Assembly (NCBI GenBank): GCA_045837725.1
Contig: JBEWZL010000013.1
Coordinates: 1 to 64,000, forward strand
Direction of reading: 5' to 3'
From: Vermamoeba vermiformis
Lineage: Eukaryota
Length of the DNA: 64,000 bases
In this document: piece by piece, positions 23,015 through 37,442 of the stretch
How the letters are laid out: the number at the start of each line of letters is the position of its first letter
Numbering within the stretch: position 1 is the first letter of the stretch
Notes under the pieces: model-generated
What the model was told of the DNA's origin: nothing
Seen by the model: the letters and a program-made list of their open reading frames with translations, nothing else
Databases searched by the model: none
Translations under genes and position numbers: made by a program

Positions 23015-23823
23015 GGTTCTGTGGTTGTGAGCGTCGTAGGATCAATCTTGAATAATAAATTGGTTTCAAAAAGCAAGGGAAGCCTACGACATTACTCGCC
23101 CACACAAACAACTACTAACAATTTACATATATAATATTTCAGTGCGATTATTAAGCTTTCTGTTGTGTCGCGGACCGGCAAGTCAATTTCCAAAAGCGGA
23201 TGACCACAACTATCAAAGAATCTGCCTATCTGGGTTGTTACTCGCGCAATTAGTATCAAAGGGTAGTAATATAAGGAAAATAACATAAGTTGACGTGTTG
23301 TTCCCTTGAACATTCGTGAGGTTAAAGAAGATTTTTTTGTTACCGTTTTGTTTGAGTTTGTGTGCGAGTATAGAACAACACCTCAGCCCTTTTATCACAG
23401 CACAAACACTACTTGTATTATTAGTCAGATTTGTATATTACTCTATTTATTATCTCTTAAAACTGAAGGTAACGTTTAGATTTTAAAATGCATCTAACGT
23501 ATAAAATTCTATTTACGCCGGTATTGCTTATTTAGAGTCAATATGATACTAATAACTATGGTTTAATTGTATATTAAATTATACAGAGGGTGTAGTAAAT
23601 TTTGGACTCCACCGTATATTAAATCTGCACCTCCAAATAATCTTTTCAGCTAAATGAAATTCCCTCAAGTAAATAAATAATACATAATACAATAAGCATT
23701 ATTCGTTGCATTATACGTCCAATTCACTATTAATAACCTCTTTTTGTATTATTAAATAACCGTTAAAATTGCATTCACTCGATCAGTTTCATTTCTAACC
23801 TGTTTTTATACGCTAGTTAAACA

Positions 23824-26154
23824 ATGGGTTGTACAAGCTCATCTGCTAAAGCACCAACGATTGCCCTCGAGATTGAAAGTAAGTTTATATCAAATCGGCT
23901 CAGATTCCACCAGCGATCAATGACACAGCGAGAAATGCACTTTTTTGGATTTTTATGACGAATTACAATCAAGTACAAATGCGTGTATCGATGCTATGGT
24001 ATTGGCAATTCCGTAGTAATTGCTAAATGGAGTCGACCCGATCAACCTCAACCAGCGTCTTGCTGCGAGATTGCCAGTACTACTCGACGCGCAATTTTAC
24101 TGATTATTTACAAGACGATAATTCCTCAAATTTGGCGTTTTTTTGAGGCTCAAGCGAGCGCGGAGTTACTAGCTGGATCCAACAGCCACCACATTTTATC
24201 TGATGCTTACTTTTGCTTTTAATTTATTTAAACGAAGCCCAATGAACTAACTTGAATTTCTCATTTCAGAATCTGTCGAGCCTCACTCAGAAGAAGAGCG
24301 ACAAGTCTTCGAGATGGTCGCTCCCGTTATGGAAAGGAGTCCAAAGGTTTTGAATGCACTAATAGAATACACTGGTTGCGAAGACCCTATCAGGAAGGTA
24401 CGTACCCGGTTTGCGTTCAATTTAGCCGCCGTATCTCGAACCGCGAGCTGCACAACGGCTATTTTTATTTTCGGTCAAATTCTTGCGCAAAATCTTTTTT
24501 TGTTCTCCCCTCTGCTCTGCCTCCTTTTGGAGCAGCATCTTTCATTTAATATTTCATCCTCGGTCTCGAGAACATTAATCTAAGCAAATCTTGTTCAGGC
24601 ACTCGGTGATCCAAGCCCGGAGAACGACAAGATCGCTTGGAACGCTGTCCGCAAAAATGTAGATATCCTCTATCAGTTCTACGCCCACTCTCAAGAATTA
24701 GGTACGTGTAATGAACATTCAAATAATTTTTTAGGCTTTTTAGAATATTTTTTTGCAATTACAAATCCACGATCAACAAGATCTAACCCAAGTTTACAGA
24801 GCACATCTTCCCCAAGTTGCTTGTTGCCCTTTGCGACGGTGATGCTTCACACAATATTGCTTCCAATCAAGTAAGTGCTCAAGGAACGCCTGGAGAGTTG
24901 GGTATTAACATCTGGTCCGTAGGCACTTGTAAAACAGTTCGCTGAAGTTCTTAGCTTTGGCTTCCGCTTCGACGAAAGCAAGGTAATATCACCTCACCCA
25001 ATTCATACGAAACAGAGACCTGACATAACCTTGACAGATGGTCAAGCCTGCCATCCAGAACGACTTTTCTTACTACCGTCGTGTGTTGACCAGAATGCGC
25101 GCAGCTCAGCGTATGGGAACTGTAAGTTAATGCCTCATTGTAGCTCGTGCGTTTCGTGGTCTAATCAGAATTGTAGAAAAAGCCAATTGAAGAAGACGAA
25201 GAGAAGGAGGAAGACCACATCAAGGTTGACGAAGAGTTGGCCAACAAAATTTCATTGTTCTTTGCCTATCCTACACCGATGATGAAAGTCCTGATTGATA
25301 CCACAACGGTAAGTTACCAGATCCGATCGGTTCGACGCCATAAGTAATAGCGCGTGCGCGAACCTTTTACAACTTTTGGTCGGGTTATCTTGGGCGAGGC
25401 AACTCGTCTGAGAGATGTCCCTGCCTTATACACGAAAGGGAAATTACTTCATCGAATCCTATCTAGTTGCGCGCCTCTCTTATGGCGTCTGACTTCGTCT
25501 AGATTCGTATATCTTTTCTTTCTTGCCCTTATAGTTCATATTATTAATCTTTACGATGTAGTCATACGAAAGTGGCAAATACAATGACACTTTTAGCAAT
25601 GGTTTGGCCATGATTGCTAACTTGTGCTACAGCAAGATTAACGATAGCCCGTAAGTATTTTCATCGTTAATTTTGGGCAATTCGAACAACTAGTCAATGA
25701 AGGGATGAATTTTTATACTTACGCTGATATCCCCATGATCAACACAATGGAATTCTGCTTTTCTGATCATTGACAATCTTTTTTTACCTTAATTACACGT
25801 TTCTTTATTGTCGGATTAGTTGCTAATATATTGCGATTAGGAATATGGATAAAGACAGTCAGTTGTTGTTGCTGTGCGCGATGACCGGTGCCATCATTTT
25901 GACCGATCACTTGCTGCACCCTCAGGGCGCTTTCCACAAAAAGTCTCCTATTATGGTACGTGCCTGTGACTCCCTTCAAATCGTCACGACCTCCTGTCTA
26001 ACTAATCGTGTCTCTTTAGATCAAGAACTGCATCCAGTGCTTGAAGAACGGAGTGCAACAACCCACCGACTTCTTGCTTAACTCAATCCGTTTCACTACC
26101 ATTCACTTAAACGAGCCTCAATCGATGCCCATTATCCAGAGAATGCTTGCTTAA
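23824..26154 (+). CDS. CYRI: CYRI/FAM49 (DUF1394) Rac interactor
   Basis: MGCTSS lipidation-type start; QALVKQFAEVL..FDESKM.KPAIQNDFSYYRR; DEELANKISLFFAYPTPMMKVL; AMTGAIIL.DH.HPQGAF. Confidence 0.92.
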
Positions 26155-26562
26155 GCGATGCCAACCAAACTTTTTGCGAACTTTCCCAACAACCCTTACC
26201 CTCATCCGTCCCAACTCTACTTGTTATTCTAGTGCCGGCTTCGTTGTCGACAAACCTCCCTTATTTATGGATCGATAGATCTTTTATCATCTTTTTGAAA
26301 CCTTACTATTAGCATTACGTACTTTATATTGAAAACAAAGTTTTTTTGGTTCTTGTTTGCTCGATCGAGCAAGAGAATGCTTGACTCTTTGTGTTTGTAA
26401 ATAAAGAAAAATCTTTATTAAAAGAACACTCGTTTCTCATTTCTTGTCTTTGACCTGCAAGACTTGCTGCGTAGTTGTAGATCCTTGTATTTTGTTAAAT
26501 TTCCTGTCACGAACACAACCACACTCCAGAGCGAGACCAACCTTTTACGTTTGAATACAAAC

Positions 26563-27109
26563 ATGAGTAAGCGAAAGATAATAGCGGCTGTTCAGAAGGT
26601 ATGAAATGCATTTGAATAGACAGGCTGGTCGTGATACTAAAGAAGCAAATCCGCTTAGGTCGTCGATATGTCGTTACCTAAATGTATACAATCGAACTCA
26701 GAAGGCAAAGTAGTCGTTCAAATACTCGCGAAGCCCGGAGCAAAGCAATCTGCGATCACTGGTGAGTTTCTCGCGAAGCAAATTGGTTTACAGTCGCGCT
26801 AATATATATTCAATAATACAGATATAAGTGATGAAGGTGTTGGCGTCCAAATAGGTGCTCCGCCAAGGTAATTAGGATTTTCAATGAATTATTTTATGTC
26901 CAGCTCTCTTGGTAGTTTACTCATTGACTATTAGGGACGGCGAAGCAAATGAAGAATTAATCGATTTTATGTCTGGAATATTAAATCTGAAAAAGAGAAG
27001 CGTTACACTGGACAAAGGAGGCAAATCTCGTTCGAAGCTTCTAGTTGTCAGTGATACAACTGCAGAAGACGTTTACGAGAAGATCAAAAAGCAAGTTAAC
27101 GGCGAATAA
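26563..27109 (+). CDS. UPF0235/DUF167 (YggU/C15orf40-like) protein
   Basis: AKPGAKQSAIT, IGAPP.DGEANEELI, KGGKSRSK. Confidence 0.88.
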
Positions 27110-27393
27110 TCAATTCAATCAATACAGTAATCTTTCAAGCTCGTTCACGGATCGGCATCCAACCAAATTTGTTAATCGTTCAAGCGCCCTGCAAACGCTA
27201 GAATTCCCAAGTTGGTTGGAGAGATATTTGCTGTCATTTGGCTGTTGTCCGGACTTCCACATTATTTCACTGAAAGACATCGACTATTCATGAAAATTCC
27301 GTTCACCAAATAAAACATTTCAGGACACTTAGCCCATTCCACAAGATAGTATTGAAGGTACTACAACATACTTAATTAATATTTAATCTACGA

Positions 27394-28762
27394 ATGGATC
27401 TTTTGCGCAAGTACAAGGTTGATGAGCACTTCCCTGCTCCTGGCATCGAGCATCTCGTGACCATTGGCGGTGATACGCCGATTTCGGATGCCCTTAAGGT
27501 AATTTTCATTTAGTCCGAAAATTTTTGACTATGGAGAGCTCTTTGCTTATCTCCAAATTTTTCTTTAATTTTTTTGAAATTTTCGGCTTTGATCCATCTC
27601 TTTTCCCTACTAATGTAAATTAGCTCATGGTTGGAAGAAATATTTTATCAGTTCCAGTCATTTCCTCAACAGATCAAGGTTAGTTCAGTCGATCGAATCG
27701 ACGCATAATTATATTTATATTGTCTGATGAATTTTGATTAGGACGCAAAATTGGCCTCATCGATATGACTGATATTGTCAAGTATATTTTGGACGTTGTT
27801 CAAAAGGAAGAATTGACTGATGAGAACTTCGAGGCATTTATGGAGCACAGAGGCGATATTTTTCGTTCGGCCTCCGCAGAGAAGGTTGGCAGTAAGTACT
27901 AACACAAGTGCGATAAAAAGAGAATACGTAAAACTGACCTATTCTGCCAGATTTGAGCAAGAACAACCCGTGCGTCGCTGTAAGCTCTGGATCTAACTTA
28001 GCTGATGTTGCACACGTAAGTCAGACCTTGCTGCGATTTACCATCACACATCGCTAACATGCGAGATTAAAATAGATCCTCGCTGAGCACGGTGTACATC
28101 GTATTCCAGTCGTGAACAGAAATGGTGATGTCGTCAATTTGATTACTCAATCGACAGTAGTCGTACGTGCATTGAAACGAAAGTCTAATTTAAGCAATTA
28201 CTAACGCTTAGCTAATAATAGGAACTGCTTGCCAAGCACGTTGATTCATTAGGTTCAGTTGTTAGCGATACTTTACACGAACTTCAAATGGGTTACAAGC
28301 CAGTCATTTCTATTCTCAAAGACAACAAAGTTATCGAAGCATTTGCTTTGATGGTCAAATTTGTAAGTATATGTATTCTAATGTGCCTTCATTTGGGACG
28401 ATCTAATTGTGCTCGTCTTGTAGAGAATCAGTGCAGTTTGCATTGTGGACAACACTCACAGCTTTGTTGGCAATATCAGCGTTAAGGACATTCAGGCCCT
28501 CACTCGGGAGAAGAATTTGATGAAGTACTTGTTCATGGATGCGCACGAGTTCGTCAAGGAGATCCGACACGAGATTCCTACTGACTCGTTGACTATTCAA
28601 CCCTCAAGTACGATTGCCACAGCTCTTGCTCGATTGCACGCTAACAAAGTGCATCGATTGTACGTCGTTAATGCGGACAAACAGATCGTCGGAGTTGTTT
28701 CTCTGCGAGATGTTTTATCTTTGTTCGCAGCTAGAGATTCAAAGAAATCCCATCAGCATTAA
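27394..28762 (+). CDS. Four-CBS-domain protein (AMPK-gamma/Sds23-like)
   Basis: NILSVPV, IGLIDMTDIV, GVHRIPVV, NLITQSTVV, VGNISVKDI, KVHRLYVV..VGVVSLRDVL. Confidence 0.88.
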
Positions 28763-28869
28763 TTTATGATTATGTAGCATTATAGTAAATAAAAACAATA
28801 CGAAAAATCAGTAATTGGTGGGTTTGTCTCTTGTTGTCAAATTTTTATCATTATTTATTTGCTTGTAAA

Positions 28870-29410
28870 ATGGAGAGCGACGAAGCTCACAATGCAGCAG
28901 CCGTCAAAAGCGAAAATGAGTCTGTAGAAAGTCAATTGAGCGGTACAAGTGGCGATGAGAAGGAGACAACAACAACCGTGCCAAATCTCCAGCGAGATGA
29001 AGAAGACGTCGACACAGAATACGTAAATATAGGTAAAAAAAATCGGATAATTATAGTTTATAATAGGCATATTGCAGGCAAGCAAAGTGAAGCTAATTTT
29101 AATTTTTAGGTTATTATAATTGGCTAGCGTTGAGACAAAATTGGAAAACACCTGCCCCTGGTTGGAAACCAACACCAAAAAAGTAATTATAATTTTACGT
29201 AATTTTACATGCGATCTAACAAACTTATTTTCTTTAGACACGTAGATGCGTCAAAAATTTACGAAGAAATGCAAAGTCACGGTAGTGTATCTCAACGAGT
29301 GCCATTAAGCGATTTCGTGCAAGTAGTATTCGAAATATGGGGTAATTATTGTCTGAAATTGTCGAAGGTCGATCGAATTCTAATGTATTTCTTCACTCAC
29401 AGAAACTGAA
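28870..29410 (+). CDS. Small hypothetical protein (acidic N-terminus), exon structure unresolved
   Basis: ATG-initiated coding-like stretch with flanking splice-like sites; no family recognised. Confidence 0.35.
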
Positions 29411-29660
29411 GGCTTTAATTAACAACCTGCTATTGTACGATTGTGTGATTGTAATTATTGTAAATAGAGCGTTATTACAACTGAAATCTTGCCTGTTGCG
29501 TGTTGGATGAGGAAGGTCAGGTAGGCGATAATTGTCGGACTGATAGCGAAAAAATTTTTGGGTTAGTGTCACCGTCGGGAATAGCGCGCCAGTGACACTT
29601 TTTTTTTTTTGCTATTTGTAGCTACCTTTCAAGTTGTGACATTAAAACAAACGAACACAA

Positions 29661-30464
29661 ATGCCAGGCTTTTGCAACACTCTACCTAACATCGTCATTA
29701 TTGGCGGTATATTCATCGTCGTTGGCATCGTATTGCTTGCTGTCGGTGGATCTTCCAACTCTTTCTTCTGTGGTGCCACTTGTGACGCCATTTGTCCCAA
29801 CAATAACTTCTACACCAACGCCGACGGAGACTATCGTTGTTCTAATTGCATCTATTACAACGGCGCATGCGAGACTATAACAGTAACGAAGCAAATGTAC
29901 GCAGTTTATTCCTCACTGACTGCGATCGGAGCGCTAATGCTTGGGTTTGCGGTGCTAATTTCGTTCGTAAAGCTACTCAAGTTGCTGCAAAAAGTCACTA
30001 TTGATACGAGCAAGAAGAATAATGTCACTTTAATCTTATTTTTCGTGTTGTTGGTGCTCGGTGTTATGTTTTTTGTGATCCGTTTCAATGCACCGGGAAT
30101 CGCCTGTCAATCTGTGTGTGATCCAGAGTGCGCAACACGAGGCAGCTCAAGGTTAGTTTACCATTACATAGCTATCCGTTAATATTCGTATCTTAGGTAC
30201 CGAACTCTTGGTTGGTATGCGGTCGTTGAATTTGATGGCAAAGATGTGGACTGCAGTACCTGTTTTTACTCCAGTAGTGGATCATGCACAACACTTTCAG
30301 CAACAACGGAGGCGGTAGTCGTTGCGCAAGCAGGCTTGGGCCTCGGAATCCCGTTCACTGTCCTGGGCGGAATTTTTGGTGTGATCTGGCTCATTCGGGC
30401 TGTGGTCATGCCTACGAAGAGCGGAGCTACTACCGCTAAGCCTAAGTCGACAACGCAGGCTTAG
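29661..30464 (+). CDS. Four-TM membrane protein with two similar Cys-rich loops
   Basis: TM-[C..TCDAIC..CSNCIY..G.C.T]-TM repeated as TM-[CQSVCDPEC..CSTCFY..GSC.T]-TM; one intron at ~30152-30196. Confidence 0.7.
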
Positions 30465-30762
30465 TTAAGTCACAGCATTGTTAGTTCAGAAGGAAGTCCT
30501 TTTTTGTAGTCAATAAAAAGAATTCTTCGCTGTAACCGCGCAGTATTTGCATAAAAAAGATGCAATATTGTATCTTAAATATGGATAGATGCACTCGGGC
30601 AGTATAATAAGGCGGCTCATTGGCGCCGTGCTAATTTTGGGGGCCATTTAAAAAAGTGATTTTTGTAACGTGGCGGCTACTTGCCGACCTTGTTGCAATA
30701 AAAATCAGCTGACTCCAAACCATTATTTGCGATTTAATTCAAGGACAATCAACACCACTTCT

Positions 30763-31461
30763 ATGTCCAAGTTATTAATTTCGCTGCTATTTGTTGTTGC
30801 ATTTGTCGCGTGTGCCTCTGGCGAGCAGCACTTGCGCTGGACTGTTTATCAAAACCAAGGCTGCCAAGGCCCTGAAGCCTGGTCTGCATTCATTCCGACC
30901 AAATGCACCGAGTTTAATTCGACATACCGCTACTACAGCTGCGAGAAAGACGTCATTTATCGCTACCATTGCGGATCTGATAAAGATTGTTCTTCTTGCA
31001 AGGTGATTTCCAACTACACGTCGGAGTGCAGTACGTTTTGACATAAATGATATGCGCCGTGGAACCCATTTTTTATTTATTAATAATAGTGATTCTATTC
31101 AGATTACATCTCGCAATATTCGTGCACAGACAAGGACTTTACCGATATTTATGGCCCGGATTCCCCTATTGAGTTCTACTACAAGCAACAGGATTGCAAA
31201 GGAGATCTGTACGGAACAATTGTCTACAATACTTCCGCGAAATATACGCAATGGGCCTCCTGCTCGAACGACCAATTTTACCTTCAAAACGCCACCTATT
31301 TGTGCGACGATTGTGCTACAAAGAAACCGATGGAGTGCACGTACGATCCGAAGAGTATGCTTGCCACTGAACGCTTCTGCGGCTGGCCTGGTGCTTCTAG
31401 CGATGCCTTTGTTTTATATTTAGGGTTTTACATTATTAGCTTCGTGACCTTGTTGGTGTAA
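30763..31461 (+). CDS. Secreted Cys-rich protein with hydrophobic (GPI-type) C-terminus
   Basis: Signal peptide MSKLLISLLFVVAFVACASG; two Y....C.G Cys modules; C-terminal hydrophobic tail. Confidence 0.7.
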
Positions 31462-32609
31462 TTGCGTCCATAGTCTTCACTTTAGACGATACTTTGACCA
31501 ATAAAGCGCTACTTTTGGGCTGTATGGATCAAAACTCAAAGAATAATATTATTTTGACATAGAGACAGCAATTTGACGCTTCAGCTGCTCCCTGAACGCG
31601 AGATCGCGGGAAAACTTCATTTTTGGTTATTATTTAGACGTTGCGCATTCAGTACGTATGTACGGCTAATATATTAATTTATTACAAAGTAACGTCGATT
31701 TTGTTATTCACATTGCCATCAAAATCGTGTTCTACGGGTTTAGATCCGTCGTACCTCCATTCACCGTTAACAATAAATTTGTATCTAAAGCGTATTGTAA
31801 TTAGGACATATATTTCATATGTGAGGTATCAACCGAAGAATCTAGTGGATTTTAACGGCAAATTGATTTCATTAAAAAGTCTGAAACTTCGTTTTGGCGG
31901 TAGATCCGCTTGAAATAGTGTGTAACTTACTGATAATGACCAGGAGGAAGTTGAGTAACATATACAAAGTTGCCACTGGCTTTTTCGTGGGTCATAGCAA
32001 TTGTCTTCCAGCTAGTAAACGTTCCAGCAATATCGACTTTTGCGTTCGGATCTTTAGTATGAACCCACGAGAATTTAACAGGCACTCGGTCCTATTTACG
32101 AGGTATTAATATCGTCATGCCAATTATCTAGCGTTAACAGAATTTTCACAAAAAAATTGGATCTTGTTTAGAATTGGTCTTAAACTCGAATTTTATCGCA
32201 ATTATAGTCGCACAATATTCTAAAAATAATTTAAAAATTCATTTTAGTCGTGAAGCGAAATTATAGAATATTCTCGAAGAAACGCGGGAGATCGACGGTT
32301 AAGCCATAAAACCCTTTAAAATTTCTTAATATTGTTACTATTATACTTACAACATCCCGGCTGAAGAATGTCTCGGGTTCGTTAGCCACAACTCGCGGGC
32401 TTTTTAAAGATGAGCGGGGTGCCGAAGAGCTCATAGTTTGAAAGCGTAAGAAATACTAATATACAAAATAAATAAACGTAATATTACTGCTTCGTGTTAG
32501 TTACAAAGCAATAACAGTTGAAATAAACGGGACTGGGAGCATGTGACATTAAAAATTTCCGTTAATTTAGCGCTAAATTCAAACCGGTGTGAATATCATT
32601 ATTGGATAG

Positions 32610-35600
32610 CCGTAGTATGCACTTTACATCGGCCATTGACGTTTAGCATTGAATCGACGTCGAAGACGTGCACGAAAGGATCGGATCTCTGATCGACAAG
32701 AAGGTGAATGTTGATACCATTAAATGGTCTCAATAAACCTGAACTACTCGAGTAATAGGCGCCACTACCAAAGATGACTTTTTGGTTCACAGAATGAGGG
32801 AATTTCAAGCGATTCAACGTGTCAGAACTTGACATGTCGTGGCCAAATAGTTTGGTTGCAATTAGTATTAATATTAAACGTGCTGCCAATTGCAATGCTG
32901 ATGATTTTATGCGAGATTGAATCAAGTTAAATATGAGCATTACGAGGAAAGTGATCAAGGATCCGCCAGCTGACTTCAATGTAAGTTGGCCGCTAGAAAA
33001 TAGAAATAAATAATCTATGAATAATATTATGATCTTCTTATTAACGCTAAATAATTTATTTGAATTGATAGGAAAGGCCGTCAATAAAAATTGGTTATTT
33101 ATCAAAACAAGGAGGAAGAATTAAAACTTGGCACCGACGATGGATGATATTAAAAGACGGATTAGTGGCTTATTACAAAGATGCAAATGTAAGTGGCGGT
33201 CTCGTCGAGAGACTAAATCCGAGATTCGATTTTTTATTTCGTTTCCTACCGTATTTTGCTCATTAACAATTATATAATTTTTTTAAAAAATATTATCAAC
33301 CATAACATAGTTTCATCTGGCAGTAAGCAAGATATTTTTCGATTATCCAGTTTTCTAACATGTTGTAACTCGTGTAATAATGATCTAAATATAGCTCCTA
33401 CCTCACCGAGGTGTCATAACACTAGCTAGCAGTTCAATCATCGAACGAGAGAACTATGAGAATAAGCCCAATGCATTTTCAATCGTTACCCCAGAACGAA
33501 TTTATCATTTATTTGCTGATACCGAGGTACTTACGATTAAAATAATGATATTATAAATCCACGATAACTAATGTATAATATGCGTGCTATATTAGAAAGA
33601 AATGCTGCAATGGATTGAAGCTTTAAGAGGTGCCAGGCCCCGCGCTGTTTTGCCGCAAGAAGATGCCTCGTTAATCTCGCTATTTAAAGATCAAGTAAGA
33701 ATCATGCTGATTACACATATTACTATGATAATAATAATCTAATATTATTTTAAAATTAATTTAGAGAGCTGCCAGTGTTGGAACGGTCAAAGAAACATTT
33801 GCAAAGGATTTCAACGCATCAGAAACGGACGTAAATTCCATATTAGAGTTCTTGGAATTTAATTTCAAAGATTCAAACGCATTGGTAGACGAAGACGTCT
33901 TATTCAAATTTTTATCGTGGTTTTACCCGCTGGATCTCGACACTGAAGAACAGAAAACAGGATTCAGAAATGTAGATAAGGATAAGGAGAAAGCGAGTGC
34001 TAAGGCCAACTATACGATATCAAGAATAGCCTTTTTAGTCCACAAACCGTACGTATTTTATGGATGTCGTAGTTTTGGATCACGTCAAAACATATCATCC
34101 TTTGTTATGGATTATTTAATTAATGAATTATTAGGTGGTTTTTCGGCTCGCTAAAACTAGAAGAAACTGAAGAATTACTGCGCTCAAAGCCCTTCGTAAG
34201 AATGAGTTTGAATTTCGCGAGGCTTGTTCATTAATCTTTGCGATTATTTCATCAGGGAACTTACCTAATTAGGTTCGGCGAAGACAGAGGCAGTTTTGTC
34301 TTGTCAATGAAGGATTCATCTTCAGTCGGGCATTGGAAAATATTAACGGATCCGGAAACGAACGAACTATATTTAGAACCATCAGAAAAATTCGCGCAAT
34401 TACACATATTAGTAAATCACTATCACAATCAAAAGCCACCCAGCAGCAATCAACGGTTGACAGCGCCGTGTCAAAAACGAAGAAAAGAACGAACCTTTTT
34501 AGCGATGAGCAGTCAGCGGAACAATAGAAATCCCGAATTGAATTCTTCAGACGAGAATCATAGTAACAATAATGAAGTCAAAAAGGCGAGTTCATCGTTA
34601 GCTTCATTACGTGTGTCAGATCCGATCAATGACATTGACTTCTGCTGAGGCTGTTATTCATGAAAAACTTTCAGGTACGGTCACTTTAATCATATTACCT
34701 AATCCATATATGACTATTTTCATTACAAGGATTTCATTAACGTGGCTCTTGTTTTTTGCAGAGAATTACAATTCATACGTGTATCGATGCACGGTGAAAG
34801 GCTTCTCGTGCGCGGTGAAAGTGTTTGATTTGGAGTTTTTGCCTGAAGTGTTCGAATCAGAAGTATTCAACGAAGTCAAGTTTTTGCAAGAAGTGAGCCA
34901 CAATCCGTTGTTCGTCAAGTACTTGTACCACATCTACACTGGCAACCAATTGAAGCTATTTACGGAATATTTGCCGACAAATCTCAAATCTGTGATCAAA
35001 CAACGAGCAGCGGATAAAAAACCACTCAAAGCGGTCAGCATCCGCGACATTTCATTTGAACTAGCTCGTGCATTGAGCTTATTACACTCGCACAAACCAA
35101 AGATCATTCACCGCGATCTAAAGGTAACTAACATTATCATTGCCTAATTAGGAAAGTTCTAATTATGACACGTGTTAGCCTGATAATGTTTACGTCACGT
35201 TTGGGCCTGGTGATAAAGCCTCAGTTGTGAAGCTGGGTAATTTTGGACTATCAAAGTTTGCGACAACAAATACTGCCTCTTCAGTCGCGCTCACTGCTTC
35301 CTCGAACACGGTGCCATTGGCCTCGTTAAGTACGTACTTTCACCTGTTTAAAGTACCCTTCAAACTTACATTTCAAAGGATACATTGCACCAGAAATGCG
35401 AAGGCCACACGCACTATACGACGAATCCGTCGATGGTAAGATTGTTGTTAATAGAGTCATTGAAGCAGTTGCACTAATTCAGCTCTTGTTCAGTGTTTGG
35501 ATTTGGCCTGACGATGGTGGAGATGATCACGCTGAAGCCGACAGAGTTCATAGATGCGAATGATACCAAGTCTATGACATTACCAGAGGTACCACAAGTA

Positions 35601-35705
35601 TATCAAGGCCTAATGGACATCGCGAAGAAGTGCTTGTCGCCGAATCCAGTCGACCGACCTTCTGCTGATCAGTTGATGAATGCCTTAAGCCGTCTGAGCG
35701 AATAA
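32610..35705 (+). CDS. PH domain - helical linker - SH2 domain - protein kinase-like domain (start uncertain)
   Basis: PH: GYLSKQGGRIKTWHRRWMIL..AFSIVTPERIYHLFADTE.EMLQWIEAL; SH2: WFFG..GTYLIRF..SFVLS..HWKI; kinase: CAVK, IIHRDLKPDN, KLGNFGLS, YIAPE, DRPSA. Confidence 0.85.
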
Positions 35706-36198
35706 AATTGTACATTAACAATGTATTACTCTCATTTATTCCGCTTATAACGACTAAAGCCTGAGGGTGAAGGCGAAAGGTTGAAAAAAAGTGGAATTTC
35801 CAAACGGCGTCATTTTCAAATTTATTTACTGATATTATCCACATGTTCGCCGAGGATAATATTCGACAGATTGAATTCTCTGTGGATGCAAGCAGTTCCG
35901 CTCCGACCGCAGTGTGGAACTCGACCAAATCTGAAGCTTGCTTCCACACTGAGCTTCAAATTGGCTCGTGGACCATTACCGAGCCTGCATTAGTACCAAC
36001 ATGTAAGATCTGAATGCAGTGGAGAATATTTAATGAAGAGATATTGATCAGCAATATTCGCATCAGCAATACACAGCATAAAAAATTAGAGAGCAGCATA
36101 TAATACATTGCATAATTTTCTTTATCATGATAATGCTCGAGGATATTTATTATTGCTGCTCAAGTCTAAAACTGATCAAAAAATTGTGGATTTACCAG

Positions 36199-37339
36199 TT
36201 GCCACTTAGTAACAGTATTTTATCGTAGGCATCTTGGCTGCAATTATTGGTATTTGTTGCGGATTGAAAATCAAGCGAACCAATGTCCAAGGCTCCTCTG
36301 CCTATTCGATCAGCTTTTTCATGTTCGCGTAAGTAATTCCCTCCGTAATTATTACAATACTTTATAACATATGTTATAGCTGTATGATGACTGATGCTAT
36401 GATCTGGCATTGCTTCTTGAACGGTTACAATAATTGGTCTTTCTGGGCGGATGTACGTGACACGAATTCATTTTCAGCGGTGAATTAATTCAATAATACC
36501 AATACCAATAGGTTACTGGCATCATTGACGGTGCTCTTAGTTCATGCGTCGCTATGAGCTTTGGTTTCAACGCTCTGTTTGACGTTGGTGTTATGAAAGA
36601 GGGCAGTCGCAAATCCGCAATCGTGAGTTTAAGCACCTAGCTCACTGTAACATTAGTACTCAAACTTACAATATCACGTACATAGGTCATGTCCGTCAGC
36701 TACTTGGCGATGATCGCTGCCTGGACCTACTCATTGATGTACTCGCAAAGCTGGAGCACTGCTTTCTTGGTGTTGTACGGTCTTGTCATTGCACTCTGCT
36801 GCGGTTTGTACAGCATTGTCACATTGGTCCGTGTCATTCAAAGCAAAGGCGTTGGTTTGAGTACGTAATAGATAGGCTCGTAATTGTGAAACAAGATGCT
36901 GATCGTGTCAACAGAGAACCTCACGATCGGTGTCCTTACTGGTGCCCTCGGTCTTGCTAGCGTGTTCTACTCACCTTTGAACGCATTCTGGTGCAGAGTG
37001 TTCGGTGCTTTCCTGAACTCTGAGTGGTGGTGGTTCATTTTGTCTGACATTTCAATGTATTATCTGTACAAGTACTTCATGGACAGCCACGTGCCTCAAA
37101 CTCCCAAGACCTACGCTTACTATGGCGACAGCGACGATAGTGACGTCGAATTGGACGAGGAAAGTGACGAAGAAGGTGACGAAGAGACTCCTATGCGCGT
37201 GCAACCTCGTTACATCCACGTTCCGCAACAACAAGTTCAACAACCTCAGCCCATCTACTACGTCTCTGTGCCTTATTATCCTACCCCTATGTATTATGCT
37301 CCTTCTCAAGTGACTCCTGTGTATCACACTCAACAATAA
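36199..37339 (+). CDS. Uncharacterised multi-pass membrane protein with acidic and Pro/Tyr/Gln-rich tail (5' end uncertain)
   Basis: Several hydrophobic exons with GT-AG boundaries; last exon in ORF 36896..37339. Confidence 0.55.
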
Positions 37340-37442
37340 ATGCTTGTGACTGGGCTAAAAATAGTTGTCGAGATTTTTTTCGAACACAGCCAACAACACG
37401 GCCAACCAACCAATCAATACAGTAGTTTCCAACACGGCACAA

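Noticed and set aside
32599-33105. 168-aa minus-strand ORF
   Set aside because: Antisense to exons of the PH-SH2-kinase gene, no family signal
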